Assembly (NCBI GenBank): GCA_038883655.1
Contig: JAVZLQ010000001.1
Location: forward strand, 96,001 to 160,000
Source: Candidatus Bathyarchaeia archaeon
GTDB lineage: Archaea; Thermoproteota; Bathyarchaeia; Bathyarchaeales; Bathycorpusculaceae
Direction of reading: 5' to 3'
DNA: 64,000 bases
The notes under the pieces are model-generated. The model did no database searches, had not been told where the DNA came from, and was given only the letters and a program-made list of their open reading frames with translations. The position numbers and the translations under genes are program-made. Below are positions 62,087-64,000 of the stretch, piece by piece; positions within the stretch are counted from its first letter, which is position 1, and every line of letters begins with the position of its first letter.

Positions 62087-62808
62087 TTGGTGCTAAGATT
62101 GGTTGATGAGGACTGGAAAAGACTTATTGAAAGTCTAAAAAGGGAGGGAATTCTCCGCTCGCCTAACGTGATAAGGGCAATGCAACTGCTTCCAAGGGCA
62201 AAGTTTCTTCCAGAAAACATGCGATCCTACAGCGCTGTTGACACGCCTCTTCCAATTGGCTTTGGGCAGACCATATCCGCGCCACATAGCCTCAGCGCAA
62301 AAGCTGAGCTAGGCGAAACATGGTTTCAATAATGAATGAAGCCCTACAATTGGAAGCGGGACAGAAAGTGCTTGAAATAGGCGCTGGCAGCGGATGGCAC
62401 GCAGCAACAATAGCCGAGATCGTTGCGCCGAGCAACGCGCCGCGAAGTGAGTGGGGACACGTGTACACGGTGGAAATAATCCAAGGACTAGCTGAGTTTG
62501 CAAGAAAAAACATCATGAACGCTGGGTACGGCGACCGTGTAACAATAATATGCGCAGACGGATCGCTGGGATATCCGGAAAAAGCGCCATACGACAGAAT
62601 CCTAGTAACCGCGGCAGCGCCAGCAATTCCAAAACCTCTAATGGAACAGTTAAAGTCAAATGGAATAATGCTAATCCCTGTTGGAAGCGTACACCTATTC
62701 CAAAACCTAATAAAAGTGACTAAAGGTGTTGATGGAAAACTGCGGGAGGAAAACCTCGGCGGAGTAGCCTTTGTCCCGCTCACTGGACGCTATGGACACA
62801 AATATTAG
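62087..62808 (+). CDS. pcm: Protein-L-isoaspartate O-methyltransferase, interrupted by a 32-nt BHB intron (exons 62087-62285 and 62318-62808)
   Basis: ORF 62087-62332 gives D.PLPIGFGQTISAPH; ORF 62320-62808 gives MV..MNEAL...VLEIGAGSGW...APYDRILVTAAA...FVPL. Removing 32 nt joins them into a 229-aa protein. Confidence 0.92.
62286..62317 (+). other. Putative bulge-helix-bulge (tRNA-type) intron in pcm mRNA
   Basis: Central helix CGCC/GGCG, 3-nt bulges ACA and AAA, intron stem TAG(C)CTCAGC/GCTGAGCTA, exon pairing ACCAT/ATGGT. Confidence 0.85.
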
Positions 62809-62811
62809 ATT

Positions 62812-64000
62812 TTAAATACTTTCCAGTTTTTCTTTATAAGCCATCAAGTCCAAGAAGCCGTGTCCACTAATGTTCATGCATATCACTTTTTCCTCGCCAG
62901 CCCTTTCAGCCTTTAACGCTTCGTCTATTCCAGCGCGTATGGCATAGCTTGATTCTGGCGCTGGCAGCCACCCTTCGCTTTGAAGGAAAATTTTTGCTGC
63001 TTCAAATATCGCCTTTTCATCTGTAGGATAGGCTACAGCCTTAACTATGTTGTGATGCCTCAACATGCTTATGATTGGCGCTGCTGCATGGTATCTCAAA
63101 CCATCCGCCTTTATTGGAGGCATTTCTGTTTTGTGTCCAAGAGTGTAAACCTTTATGAGTGGTGTGTGTTCCGCAACGTCGCCAAAATCATATTTGTACT
63201 CGCCCTTAACAAGGTTTGGTGCCGCAAGCGATTGGGCAGCCAAAAATTCGCATTCACGTTTTCCCTTTAATACTTCGCCGATGAAGGGTAGGGCTATGCC
63301 TCCGAAGTTTGAGCCTCCGCCTAAGCAGCCCACAATCAAATCCGGCTTTTCATCGATTAGGTCAAACTGCTTAATAGTTTCAAGTCCTATTATAGACTGG
63401 TGCATTAACACGTGATTTAAAACAGAGCCTAAACAGTACACGCAACCCTCATGTGTTTCGGTATATTCCAGTCCCTCCGAAATCGCAATTCCAAGCGAAC
63501 CCGGATGCGCAGAGTTTTTGGAAAGCGTCTCCCTTCCGATGCTTGTTTCTTTGCTTGGCGAAGCGTAAACCTTGGCGCCCAAGAGTTTCATCAAAGTTCT
63601 TCTGTCAGTTTTCCAGTCATAAACTGATTTAACCCAAAAAATTACACATTCGAGACCCAAAAGCCTAGCCGCATAGGCTAGTGCCGTTCCCCACTGCCCC
63701 GCGCCAGTTTCGGTGCTTAAAGTTGTTTTTCCCTCTTTTAACGCGTAATATGCTTGAGCAACAGCTGTGTTCGTTTTATGAGAACCTGTTGGAGACAAAT
63801 CTTCACGTTTATAATAAAGCCTAACCTTTTTCAAGCCTAACCTTTTTTCTAGGCGTTTTGCACGGTAAAGCGGGCGCGGTCTACCCATGTGAATATAAAG
63901 TTCACGAATTTCTTCGGGTATTGGAATCCACCCTTCACTTGACATTTCCTGCCTTAAACATTCTTTAATCATGGTGCGAGCCAAATATTCCATGCGTGAA
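62812..64000 (-). CDS. trpB2: Second TrpB2 paralog, 5' end outside the window
   Basis: GSHKTN, ETGAGQWG, GSVLNHV and DGLRYH motifs; the frame stays open to the window edge. Confidence 0.93.
   Translation of the reverse strand, partial: SRMEYLARTMIKECLRQEMSSEGWIPIPEEIRELYIHMGRPRPLYRAKRLEKRLGLKKVRLYYKREDLSPTGSHKTNTAVAQAYYALKEGKTTLSTETGAGQWGTALAYAARLLGLECVIFWVKSVYDWKTDRRTLMKLLGAKVYASPSKETSIGRETLSKNSAHPGSLGIAISEGLEYTETHEGCVYCLGSVLNHVLMHQSIIGLETIKQFDLIDEKPDLIVGCLGGGSNFGGIALPFIGEVLKGKRECEFLAAQSLAAPNLVKGEYKYDFGDVAEHTPLIKVYTLGHKTEMPPIKADGLRYHAAAPIISMLRHHNIVKAVAYPTDEKAIFEAAKIFLQSEGWLPAPESSYAIRAGIDEALKAERAGEEKVICMNISGHGFLDLMAYKEKLESI

Noticed and set aside
62087-62808. pcm as a frameshifted pseudogene or programmed ribosomal frameshift
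   Set aside because: Both halves are intact. The extra sequence is a clean 32-nt insert whose BHB-predicted cut sites restore the motif exactly, whereas a frameshift would leave about 10 extra residues in a conserved motif.

Overview
This is a gene-dense archaeal chromosome segment. It is most likely from the TACK/Thermoproteota group and probably Bathyarchaeia; this is inferred from the combination of an HMf-type histone, eS25, eS26, Rpo6, thermosome, tetraether synthase, arcadin-1 and a bacterial-type class I GAPDH. About 65 mostly housekeeping CDSs cover glycogen/alpha-glucan metabolism, glycolysis, lipid synthesis, nucleotide synthesis, amino-acid metabolism and RNA processing. There is also a small accessory patch with a Type IIG restriction-modification gene and an orphan AbrB-type antitoxin. 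I saw no rRNA, tRNA, CRISPR array or transposase. The main finding is that the protein-L-isoaspartate methyltransferase gene (pcm, 62087-62808) is broken by a 32-nt insertion (62286-62317) that folds into a canonical bulge-helix-bulge motif. Cutting at the standard splicing-endonuclease positions restores both the frame and the conserved GQTISAPHMV motif, so this is a candidate tRNA-type intron in an mRNA other than cbf5. Other leads are a trpB2 + SerK-like serine kinase module, a Type IIG RM enzyme with a PIP-box-like tail, an extreme orientation-independent G/T skew patch, a dispersed intergenic repeat, an unannotated 50-aa ribbon-helix-helix gene with a perfect palindromic operator, and an orphan arcadin-1. 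All protein calls come from motif recognition by eye, not database searches.
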